In this document: in pieces, positions 53,843-64,000 of the stretch
Position numbering within the stretch: the stretch's first letter is position 1
How the letters are laid out: each line of letters starts with the position of its first letter
Source: Octopus sinensis
Taxonomy: Eukaryota
Direction of reading: 5' to 3'
DNA length: 64,000 nucleotides
Assembly (NCBI RefSeq): GCF_006345805.1
Contig: NC_043014.1
Span: 46,934,001 to 46,998,000 of the forward strand
Made by a program: the position numbers and the translations under genes
The notes under the pieces: model-generated
Databases searched by the model: none
Told to the model about the DNA's origin: nothing
The model's input: only the letters and a program-made list of their open reading frames with translations

Positions 53843-55982
53843 GTAAGTAAACCAAACAGTGACATCGGTGAAGCCTCTTAACTACATTAACAGGAAAAAA
53901 ATCTTTCCAATAAACTCTACAACACTGCTACAGCCAATATTGCGATTATCATTTTTTTTTCTTTTTTGTGATGTAAATTAATGTGTGTGTTTTTTTCCAC
54001 CATTGCTACTTTAAAAACTAATCTTCCATTATTTATTTTGATTAAGATTTTTTTGTTAGTTTTTTTTTTATCTGTTATTAGAGGATTGATAGAAGAGTTT
54101 ACTGGAAACACATCACAAAGGGAGGGGGTGCAAATATAATCAATGAATGACTACAATAATAACAGAGATCTATTAGTCAGTAGGTGTCTTTTAAGATGTT
54201 CTCCATTGTTCTGCTTATAATGGAGTTAAAGGTATAGATTGGCATTGTTTTATATGTGTCAGAGAGAGAGGGTGAGAGAGAAAGAGGCAGAGGTTACCAG
54301 TAGCTTCAAGTGTAGGGGTTAAAGAAGGTAAGGTGAATAAATCAATTAATGTGAGATCCTCAGACATAGAAGTGGGTTGAAGTGACACTAGTCGTTTACA
54401 AGGTGCTGGCTGATTTAGCAGCAGCAGCCGTATTAATTGCTGTTGAGGTAATTAGAGAGAAACTGCACTAAGGTCTGAAGATAATATAGTACAGTGTATT
54501 GAATAAGACAGGATTTAAAACAATGAATGGTGCATTTCTGACAAGCGGTACTTTACAAATAACAATCATCTTTCTTTAGTTGATCTTGAGAAAGGTATTG
54601 ACATCCTGTCATGTTATATAATGTAATATATAGTAAATGGTTCCAGGACAGGGTTCTCGTAACACCTGCATTCAACAGATAACCTCAGCCACTAGATATT
54701 AAATGAAAAAACAATTGTTTCAGAGACAAAATATGTATAAATGAAATATCAAAATAAAAAAAAAATTTTTAATTACCATAAATTTGTGAAAAAAAATCTT
54801 AAAAGCAGATAATAGTAAGAATATGTTGTTTATTGGACTCTAGTAACCTTTGAAAAGATTTGGCTTAATATTGGATAATTGAAATGTTGTGCAGTATCTA
54901 GTTTTCTGTAATATTTAGTTTTTATTCTTAGAAAAGCCCAATTCACACAAATATGTTGTTGCAAACAGTAATAGATCTCAAACAGCCAGTTTTGATAAAT
55001 ATGGATATTTGCCAAATATACCACACCATATCAGAATTCTTTCAAACTTAGCCTTCAACTGACTCTCTGAATAATTTTAAATTTTTGTAATCCATTTACA
55101 GAAACTCTCTTGGCTTTTCTTTAACTTTGAACAGAATTTGTATGTAATAATTATCAGTGTTCTTCAAATTTGGGAAATACTCAGAGGTTTTAATAAGCCA
55201 CAGAGATGATTGTTAATTGTGGATATCAACTATAAAGTCACTAAGAATTGGAAACATTCAAATGTGCTTTTTTCCACAATTGAAATCCAGTATTGCAATT
55301 TGTAATATCATTCACCTTCAGCTTGGAAAACACTCATTTCTTTCTCTTGCAGAGATAAACAAGATTTATACAGTTTTGTAAATATATCAGCTAAATATGC
55401 AATTTTTGATAGCTGTATCATATTTGTTAATCTGCTGGATAATCAAAATTTATTAATTGATAAAAATATGCCATGCAAATTCAAACAAAATATTATTTGA
55501 ATTCTTTCCACAATTCAATCTTGCAATAATATTACCTCATAGCCATCGAATTTTTATATGTCAAATTGAAATGATTATAAAGACAAGCCATATCTTCACA
55601 TAAGCCTTTAGGAAAAAAAAAAGCAGTTGCAAGAGCTGAGATTCAATAAAACTGATAATTAGCACTGTTGTATCCAAAAGTCACTTTAATCTGATATCTT
55701 TTCTGTTAGTAATCCACCTGTGTGAAGGAAGTAGAGTATGATTAGAATTGTTGGCAACTTGGCTGCCAATCACTTTCCCTAAAATATTTCCTTTGCCCCT
55801 CTACTGCATACTGCAGTATATTTATCCAAGCATATATCATGGGTTTTCATTAAATTATTGATGCAATTAAACCTGTTATTTCCCATGATATGTATTTTCA
55901 AATTTCACATAAAAGTAAATCTTCGATTTTTTTAATGAAATCATAGCAAGCAAAACCAAATTACCAGTCTAGTAATGTTTGT

Positions 55983-56216
55983 AGTAAGGCGGCGAGCTGG
56001 CAGAAACGTTAGCACGCCGGGCAAAATGCTTAGCAGTATTTCGTCTGCCGTTACGTTCTGAGTTCTAATTCCGCCGAGGTCGACTTTGCCTTTCATCCTT
56101 TCAGGGTCGATTAAATAAGTACCAGTTACGCGCTGGGGTCGATATAATCAACTCGATCCATTTGTCTGTCCTTGTTTGTCCCCTCTGTGTGTAGCCCCTT
56201 GTGGGTAGTAAAGAAA
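55983..56216 (+). mobile_element. Young SINE family A copy with 13-bp target-site duplication
   Basis: CpG-rich and intact. The direct repeat tagtaatgtttgt occurs at 55970-55982 and 56217-56229. Confidence 0.92.
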
Positions 56217-56329
56217 TAGTAATGTTTGTGGACTGTTCTAGTTGTATGTCACACACATGTAATTGTTGCCATCTAGTGATCTATTCTAACTGTATACCAC
56301 ATTCATGCAATTGTGAAATAATTTTTGTT

Positions 56330-56465
56330 CCCAATCATGCGGTCTTAAGTTCAGCCCCAGTGCACAGCACTTTCAGCAAGTGCCTTCTACTATAGTCCTG
56401 GCCTGGCCAAAGCCTTGCGGATTTAGTAGACAGAAACTGAAAAAAGCCTGTCGTGTGTGTGCGTG
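56330..56465 (+). mobile_element. SINE family B 5' fragment
   Basis: aagttcagccccagtgc...gcaagtgccttctactatag...ggccaaagccttg.ggattt.gtagacagaaactga matches the family B head. Confidence 0.7.
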
Positions 56466-57373
56466 AACCCTTGAGTAGACATCACATAATGGTTGTAAAT
56501 GAGAATCATCATTAAACAAACAAGGTTGTTTGCTTCCAGTCTTCCATGAAAATATATATCTAGCTATGGAAAAACATTATATTTCTTGGAAACGGGTGAG
56601 GCTTTTTATCCCCCTTCTGCTAGTCAAAGGCACAAAGCTCAATAGACTTTGTAAATTTCAAAGTATCCTACCTGAAGTTTTGGATATAAACATTTATAGA
56701 AATATTATTTATTAATAAGATTACGTTTTTAAAGTGTATTAAGATAAGAACTATAATGCTGATAATAGTTCAAGCACCTTTTCTGGATCTGTCCTCATTT
56801 ATCATCAAAAACATTTAGGAATTAAGAACAAGTGTATATGATTTATAAATATACAGATAATATGATTGAAAACACATGGCATCTTATACAGACAGGCTTT
56901 TTCTACTAATCTAAGAGGATAACTTATCCAGATTTGATTAATTCCCACATGTGTCAACTGAGGTTTTTGTCATCTCTAGATCAATGAGTACTGCTACACT
57001 GAGGTCAATTACTCCTCTCCTTCAAATTTATATGTCTGCTTTTCTAATAAACTATTTTATTTTATTTCTTTATATATTGTTCATTCATCTTTGTCTGTAG
57101 GATGGAATCGCAAAAAGTTTGTGGTTTTACTTTATCAATCTTGATTTATTTTTATTGACAATAATCTCCAGTTATATAGGCACCAATAATCAGAATTTTG
57201 ATCCATAGAATTCATGCTTTTGTGTGTGTGTGTATGTGTGTGTGCGCACGCGTGCGTGTGTGTGTGATGAAACCAAAGTGCAAGAAATTTAGCACCTCCT
57301 CTTTACATTTACCATAATAATGGTGGTTATTCAATTTTGTGAAGTATGTGGAACAAACGGTTATATTGTACAC

Positions 57374-57757
57374 GTGGAGGCGCAATGGCCCAGTGGTTAG
57401 GGCAGCGGACTCGCGGTCGTAGGATCGCGGTTTCGATTCCCAGACCGGGCATTGTGAGTTTTATTGAGCAAAAACACCTAAAGCTTCACAAGGCTCCGGC
57501 AGGGGGGGGGGTGAACCCTGCTGTACTCTTTCACCACAACTTTCTCTCACTCTTTCTTCCTGTTTCTGTTGTACCTGTATTTCAAAGGGCCAGCCTTGTC
57601 ACACTCTGTGTCACGCTGAATCTCCCCGAGAACTACGTTAAGGGTGCACGTGTCTGTGGAGTGCTCAGCCATTTGCATGTTAATTCCATGAGCAAGCTGT
57701 TCCGTTGATCGTATCAGCTGGGACCCTCATCGTCGTAACCGACGGAGTGCTCCTATA
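57374..57757 (+). mobile_element. Young full-length tRNA-derived SINE (family C) with 13-bp target-site duplication
   Basis: A box tggcccagtgg, B-box-like ggtttcgattcc and retained CpGs. The direct repeat ttatattgtacac occurs at 57361-57373 and 57758-57770. tRNA-derived octopus SINEs (OK/OR types) are known, but I cannot assign this copy to one without a search. Confidence 0.92.
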
Positions 57758-58068
57758 TTATATTGTACACACCTGTCACAGTAAGATTCACTCAACTATG
57801 ACTCTGCTGAGAAGCTAAAGTTGCACCATCACACTATATGGCCACTGTATTACAACTTTTATTTTTAGAAGATTTTCTTTCAATAAATCAACTCTTAATA
57901 TTGAATATTTAATTAAAATGAACATTCTAATTTTATCTTAGCTATTTGAGGAAAGTAAACAGTAAAGCATCTTGCTATCCTATGATGATTTATATCAGAT
58001 ATTTCACTCCAGTAATGAGAGGGACAAAAATATTACTAATTTCCGTTATTATTTTTGCTCCTCCAAAG

Positions 58069-58232
58069 GATGATGTTATAATGGAGAACAACTGTAACAA
58101 TGAAAGTCTTGGTAGCTTAGGTTCCCTGGGTAGCATCCCTGACATTATGGACAACTCAAGTGTAGAAGAAGACGTATCATCATGTCAACAGAAAGATATA
58201 ACACCTTGCTTACCACTTTTTATCTCATCCAG
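58069..58232 (+). CDS. Nav2: Nav2-type channel, distal II-III linker exon (164 nt, phase 0 to 2): DDVIMENNCNNESLGSLGSLGSIPDIMDNSSVEEDVSSCQQKDITPCLPLFISS(R)
   Basis: Acceptor atttttgctcctccaaag and donor CCAG|gtgagt. In frame with both neighbouring exons. The SLGSLGSLG..PDIMD...SCQQKDI.PC.PLFISSR stretch matches my recollection of the squid SQSC1 channel (unverified). Confidence 0.9.
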
Positions 58233-58886
58233 GTGAGTATTGCTAGCATTTCAACAAAACCCTGTTACCATCTTTTGAATTACTGTTTTAATTTAATGCT
58301 GACCTTGAGTTGAATAGCTTTACTGTAAATTGAACTAATAATCGTTTTCAAAAACTTTCATGTCAGTGTTGCTAAGTTGCTATCATGACTGTAGACAAAT
58401 CAGTATTCTCAAACTGTTTATTCTAATAAGTTTTGAGACCAAATTACTTGCTTCTTCAATCAAGAAAACAGAAATAACCAGCCAACCTATAATATCAATA
58501 ATGAATACAAAATCATTTTTTTTTTCAAATCCCAGACAATGCATATTCTACATTATAGTTTATCTTCCTACTTCTCACCACATACCCCTAAAAGTCTTGC
58601 CATAATCAGTCTTCTTTGTCTTCCCTTTTCAGTAATTAATTAAGTTTCTGTTCATTTCTTACAACTAATCATACCAGTAGGACACTAATCTCCAGGAGTA
58701 TCCATGAAGTAAAATGCTCTATTCTCCTCACCTAATAAATATATATGCAAACAAAATACAGTATATTGAAATATTATATCTCCCAATGACTTCCAATGAT
58801 GATATTATGGTTTTAGTCTAAATAAAACTCATTACTGCATTTCTATTTTAAAGCAATTAATCATTTTATTGTTGTCAACATTTCAG

Positions 58887-59028
58887 GTTCAAGTGTCTTC
58901 GAGAATTCGATGACACGTCCCATGGAAAAAAGTGGAATAATTTTCGTCGTCGTTTAATGATGGTTTGTGAAAACAAATATTTCGAAACTGGTGTGCTAAT
59001 AATGATTTTTGCAAGTAGTATTTTATTG
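58887..59028 (+). CDS. Nav2: Nav2-type channel, linker end plus IIIS1 (142 nt, phase 2 to 0): (R)FKCLREFDDTSHGKKWNNFRRRLMMVCENKYFETGVLIMIFASSILL
   Basis: Acceptor caacatttcag and donor TTG|gtaagt. The W..FR......E.KYFE......I..SS..L pattern is the conserved pre-S1/S1 of domain III in Nav channels. Confidence 0.95.
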
Positions 59029-59164
59029 GTAAGTAATGAAACAGCCAAGTTTCTATGTTGATATTGAAAGATGTGAGAACAAAGTAAAACGTAAGAAAAA
59101 TCAAGCCAAAAGACACCTCTCTGAAAAATGACACACACACATTCAGTTAGAATGTGTATGTCCT

Positions 59165-59720
59165 TTCCTTTTATTGAAGGAACAGGCCATCCAATAAAAC
59201 TGATCTCAGCTACAATGATGGCACCAATGTGAGCATTGATGTAACTGCATATCAAAATCAAGTCACACTCAGCTATGCCACTCATGATGACAACCCTCAG
59301 TAAGTCCTTGGCTCCACAGGGCTGCCAGCCAGTTCCTTCCACCCACACCAATGATGTCTTAGACACAGCAATCCAGAAAGTTCAAATCATGCAAGTTAGG
59401 AGATCACATGATCACACAATTCTCCTAGATCTTGTTGGATATTAACTGCTCTTTCTTCATCATGTAGATTTTGTTTCTGATAGTGGACTCCATCTCCTTG
59501 AATTACTTGGCAATGGTTCTCGTTGACCGGCTAGGGTTGTCATTAATAATGTTCTGGACCAGCTTAACAAACTGAATATGTCTGACCGTTGAGAATGTTT
59601 CTTTCCCTTGGCTACAGATGATCTGTCTCAGCCAAAAGCTTTCGACTATTTCTCACAAAGGCCCAGTCACATTCAAGAAGCTGGCAAATTCAGAGTTGCT
59701 ATTGTTGGTAATTTGAGTCA
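59165..59720 (-). mobile_element. Internally deleted Tc1/mariner-superfamily relic (maT/DD37D-like)
   Basis: Minus strand gives N-terminal SNSEFASFLNV...AKGKKHSQRSD and C-terminal SPNLHDLNFLDCCV...AIIVAEISFI, resembling WPPNSPDLNPLDY...IEAEGGFIE. Many frameshifts, and no TIRs identified. Confidence 0.6.
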
Positions 59721-61415
59721 CAAGTACAATGTGTCTTTTTATTTCCTATGTCAGATAGGAATCTATCATGCTGATACATCTGAAAGATGAATTAGAGAGT
59801 TAAAATTTGGCACATCCCACATAACACTATATTAGCTTTTGTTCACTTAGCTTATCAAAGTATGTTCACAAATATCCAATGCATGCTGTACATGTTATAT
59901 CAATGTGACTGGAATAATATTCATCTATAGCAGACACATTTGAAATAGACTCTTAATATAAAGAAATGGTTGCGTGTGTACAATAGACACATTTCAATAA
60001 AGAAACAACTTTGAAATATTGATTCAACATATTTACATTTTAAAAATAACATATTTTCTTTCTTAGAATTACTTGAAATAGATTTTTATCTCATTTCAAA
60101 ATTAGTACAATATGTGGTTATCAGTTTTGCTGTTAACATTGTTGGCTGCATGCTTCGAACACTCTCCACAATATGTGGTCCTGAATGTTTTAAAATTTTT
60201 ATTTTGTGGTTAATTTAATGCCTTAAAACTCCATTACTTGATTTCATAGATTTTGTCTCATTACAAGAATTTGACACATTTCAATGACATTGGATGATGT
60301 CACACTAAAAGAGAGTATGTAAGATACTTCTGGATATAAAATTGTGGTATGGATTCTTCAATTCTTTGTCTTCCAGACAATCTCTGTGATTCATGGATTT
60401 CACTGAACAAATAATCCTTTTACACTTCCTTCTTATTACCACATTGTGTTCCAGCCACATAAATGAATGCCAAATACCTATAGACAACACAATAAATAGT
60501 AAACATATTGTTTACTATTGTACATTTACAATATGCAATTGTATATTTGTGTATTGGCAAATATTGATGGCTTTAGGATGCCTTTAGATTGGAATCTGTA
60601 TCAAAACATTGAACAGTAAATATACCTGTTGGCAGTTACTTCTGAAATTGTCAACAGCATTCATGGAATTTAATCATCAATCTAAACTAGCTATTGAAAC
60701 AGTAAATAAATTAGATTAATGTTCTTCACAGATTCCTGTACTAGACCTTTAAAAGTCTGTAATTCAAATGATGTTCCACTTTTTACTACAGTCTTATTCA
60801 CAAGATGAGATAGTCATTCAGAAACCAACCTTTCAAAATTTTTATTTAAGGCACTCATGTTTACAGTGTAAATTGCTTGTGAATATGTAAGTGAAGCTTC
60901 CATAACAGCATTATCTCAATTGACTCTGCTTCAGTGGTCATAGTGGGTGTATATAGTTTGTGCATATGTAAAAATTATCATGGCCATAACAAAGAATGCT
61001 TTCATGCAAAATCTGTCAAAGCAAACAGCCAAATTATAACAAGACTAATTATATTCCTAAGCATCTCATTCTCTATGGGTATTTTTACGCAAATCCAGAA
61101 GGAAGTAGTGGGATCTCAAGTGTATAATAGAATTATTAACCTATTTTATGCATTGTTTAAAAACATTTGTTTTTGGCATTATTATTATTGAAAGTATCAT
61201 TAGGAGCGAAATAAAACTGTTTTGTCTATTAGTATTTTTAATCTTATATTTTGTTCCTTCACTGTAGTCAATTTCTCAGATAAATTAGTTAACTATACAA
61301 TGTATTGCTTCCTTAAGTATCTTAGCCTAATACCTAATTATATTTTATCTCTCATAATTGATCAATTTGTTAGTGTATCTCTTCTTGAGTTAACCTATTT
61401 TATAAGTCTATTTAA

Positions 61416-61576
61416 CCCTTTAGTGTTCACATTATTATACCAAAATTAATCCTTTTTTATCCACATTGCCTTGAACTAATCATGCATTATCTTGTAGCTG
61501 AGAGATTTTGATGAGGTAGCTGTTAATTTTTAAAACGATATTGAAGGGTTGGTGTGAGAGACCAGATCTGGCCATT
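61416..61576. mobile_element. piggyBac-type MITE (161 bp)
   Basis: TTAA|CCCTTTAG...CTAAAGGG|TTAA: 8-bp perfect TIRs beginning CCC, flanked by TTAA duplications (61412-15 and 61577-80). No coding capacity. Confidence 0.8.
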
Positions 61577-61825
61577 TTGAACATAAAACAGGCTGAATAT
61601 TTTTGGCCGGATTTGGCCGGTTTAAATGCTAAAGGGTTAAATCATATCTCATAATAAATCCTGACATATTCTAAAACTACTTTCTATTGGTATTCTTTAA
61701 ACCTTAATAACACTATTTCTAATTATTTCTTGCAAATACTCTGACAAAACTGTTAGAGGTGTATTTCATAAGTTTCAAACACAATTTCTAATATCAAGTC
61801 ATATTTTGCTCTTTCATTTTTGCAG

Positions 61826-61999
61826 GCATTTGAAGATATTTATTTACATGAAAAGCCTTACTTAAAACTTGCACTTTTTTACTTGGATATTACATTTTGT
61901 TTGCTGTTCTTCCTTGAAATGGTTCTAAAGCTTTTAGCGCTTGGGTTCGTCCATTACTATACGCACTTCTGGACCATACTTGATTTTACCATTGTTTGC
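61826..61999 (+). CDS. Nav2: Nav2-type channel, IIIS1-S2 loop, IIIS2 and start of IIIS3 (174 nt, phase 0 to 0): AFEDIYLHEKPYLKLALFYLDITFCLLFFLEMVLKLLALGFVHYYTHFWTILDFTIVC
   Basis: Acceptor ctttcatttttgcag and donor TGC|gtaagt. Contains AFEDIY, the S2 F..EM.LK motif and the S3 W..LDF motif. The exon boundaries correspond to the conserved AFEDIY...LDF.IV exon of animal Nav genes. Confidence 0.97.
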
Positions 62000-62656
62000 G
62001 TAAGTAAAATATTTACATTATTCTATTTCAACTGTTAATTTCATTTTTTATTTATTCACTAATGTTTGTCATCCTGTCAATTCTTGTTATGTTTAAACTA
62101 AAGCATTTAACTTTAATGTATCATTAACAACATTATGGTTATTATCTACAATATCAAATCATACTATATTAAACATTTAATCCGTAATAGAGACATCAGA
62201 CAGCAACATTATTTTCTCACTCAGCCTTTTTAGAAATTAGGTAACATTCCCATTTAACAAAAAACTGATTCTTGGATATTTCAACTAATTGTTTGCAGGT
62301 TTATCCATTTAATGTTAACAGGAAACAGACAAATGAGAAAATACTAAAAACTAATGAGGCAAAACCACATAAACGTTTTTTTTTTGTTCCTCGTGTTTTT
62401 CATATTTTGTAACTTGAACTATGAATTAAAATCATTTTGAAATAATTCTTTCTCGGATAGTGGATACAACTCTAGTAAAAAGTGAACAATAGCATTAAAT
62501 ATTGTAAAAGATTTGGTGAAAACATAAACGATCTATACAACAAATTAATTTCTTTAGCATTTCCACTGAAATAACTTATACACACACACACACACATGCA
62601 TATATACACATACACACACACACATATATATACATACATATATATGTGTGTGTGTG

Positions 62657-62706
62657 TGTTCTGGAATCTTTCACAGCCTTGGATTTTTATCACATTCTGA
62701 AAACTT

Positions 62707-62785
<79 letters not shown>

Positions 62786-63097
62786 GTATGTGTCTGTATG
62801 CATATGTATGCATATATATATATATATGTATGTGTCTGTATGTATATATGCATGTATGTATGTATTCATGTATGTATGTACACAAGCATACATATGATTG
62901 GACATGCTCAATGCATGACAATCAAACCACTCAGGTTTTGACTCTAATGCTAATCACATTAAATTCCCACTGTTACTTGTACACACAGGTCATCCATATT
63001 CAAGGGTGGGCTACGAAGTATAACATAGAGCATGGCAATAACAAGAGAAAAGAGCATTGACTTGATACTCTTTTAGATATATATGTATATGCATGTA

Positions 63098-63141
<44 letters not shown>

Positions 63142-63190
63142 ATTTTTCAGAATGTGATAAAAATCCAAGGCTGTGAAAGATTTCAGAACA
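62657..63190. repeat. Fold-back inverted repeat: ~47-bp unique arms plus (TA)n(CA)n inner arms around a ~270-bp core
   Basis: 62657-62703 (tgttctggaatctttcacagccttggatttttatcacattctgaaaa) is the reverse complement of 63144-63190 with one mismatch. The adjacent microsatellites continue the symmetry inward. Confidence 0.9.
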
Positions 63191-63470
63191 TTTATGAAGA
63201 GAAGGTCTTACAGCTGTTTCCAGGCTATTCTATATATCCCTTCATCGGAGACGGTGTGAGAAAATGGTTAAGCTATAGTTATTCTAGATAAGATATGAAG
63301 CAGAGAGTGAAGTGGAGGAATTAAAATAGACGTGAGATATGCAGGGATATTGTATCTGCAGTTCCATTATTTAGGCAGAATGGTATACATATAAGATTCT
63401 TGTACCTTGTGTGTAAGTTCCAATAGTATTTAAAATTGGTTGTTCCAAGCATAGAGTTTATAAACAGTGT

Positions 63471-63532
<62 letters not shown>

Positions 63533-63704
63533 GACGATGATGACAATGATAATTAAAATCACGATAAGGGTGAAAAAAATTGAATATTAATTAATAACAA
63601 GTAATAAGAGAGAGACCACATGTGGTCTCCCTCTTATTACTTATATATATATATATATATATAATGTGTGTGTGTGTGTGTATATGTACACACACATGCA
63701 TACA

Positions 63705-63752
63705 TACATCATCATTTAACGTCCATGTTACATGCTGGCATGGGTTGGATGT
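63705..63752 (-). mobile_element. Extreme 3' end of the RTE-type retroposon
   Basis: catcatcatttaacgtcc...catgctggcatgggttgga is the reverse complement of the 3' end at 10490-10546. Confidence 0.7.
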
Positions 63753-64000
63753 GTGTGTGAGTGTATATATATACATATATATATATATATCATCACTTAA
63801 CATACATATATATATAAATATATAATATATAAACTTTGGTTTAAAATTAACCAAATTCCTCTTACATTAGTGTCTGTTATTTGCATGAGCTTTGCTTATT
63901 TAAATGTTACTTAGAAAAATGTCAATTTTTATTAATGGAAGATGCCATGTATGCCAAAAACAATTTTGTGAACATCTTCTAAGGCAGCTGTCAATTTATT

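Noticed and set aside
57080-57125. Strong-looking acceptor (ttcatctttgtctgtag|GATGGA) between exons 53781 and 58069
   Set aside because: No convincing in-phase donor follows, and the frame runs into a stop.
57376-57450. tRNA-like sequence with A and B boxes
   Set aside because: It has no complete cloverleaf or acceptor stem, continues into a SINE body, and is bounded by a TSD, so it is a SINE head.
58875-59366. 163-aa minus-strand ORF overlapping a Nav exon
   Set aside because: It is a chance read-through of a decayed transposase relic into the antisense strand of exon 58887-59028.
2446-63854. Dozens of 60-140 aa ORFs rich in YI, CV, HT, SL, RE or poly-I/N/Y
   Set aside because: They are translations of (TA)n, (CA)n, (CT)n, (TACA)n and (ATT)n microsatellites or of SINE sequence, not genes.
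62000-64000. Expected IIIS3-S4 exon (R..R.LR.LRPLR) and any mutually exclusive duplicate
   Set aside because: I could not find it in the window. It presumably lies downstream, so alternative splicing and the selectivity filter cannot be assessed here.

Overview
This window is eukaryotic, very AT-rich, microsatellite- and retroposon-dense DNA that looks like a coleoid cephalopod, most likely Octopus (inferred from repeat families and protein similarity recalled from memory, not from a search). It lies inside one large + strand gene for a four-domain voltage-gated sodium-channel-family alpha subunit of the Nav2 type (DSC1/BSC1/squid SQSC1-like). Four small, phase-compatible GT-AG exons (53781-53842, 58069-58232, 58887-59028, 61826-61999) encode the end of the domain II-III linker and segments IIIS1-S3. 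The gene start and end, domain II, and everything from IIIS4 onward are outside the window. The main surprise is a 2,505-nt stop-free, phase-1/phase-1 exon (16207-18711, 835 codons) that splices in frame to the linker exons. It encodes a disordered Ser-rich region with a near-match to the vertebrate Nav ankyrin-binding motif, a PPxY motif, PKA-type sites and seven S-hydrophobic-x-D/N-hydrophobic motifs. The rest is intron: a full-length dead mariner, a maT-like relic, CR1-, RTE- and R4/Dong-type LINE fragments, three tRNA-derived SINE families, an array of about 11 co-oriented SINEs in an (ATT)n tract, an inverted SINE pair, a piggyBac-type MITE, hairpins, minisatellites and many microsatellites. 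Most short ORFs in the supplied track are microsatellite or repeat artefacts. No rRNA, true tRNA or CRISPR features are supported.
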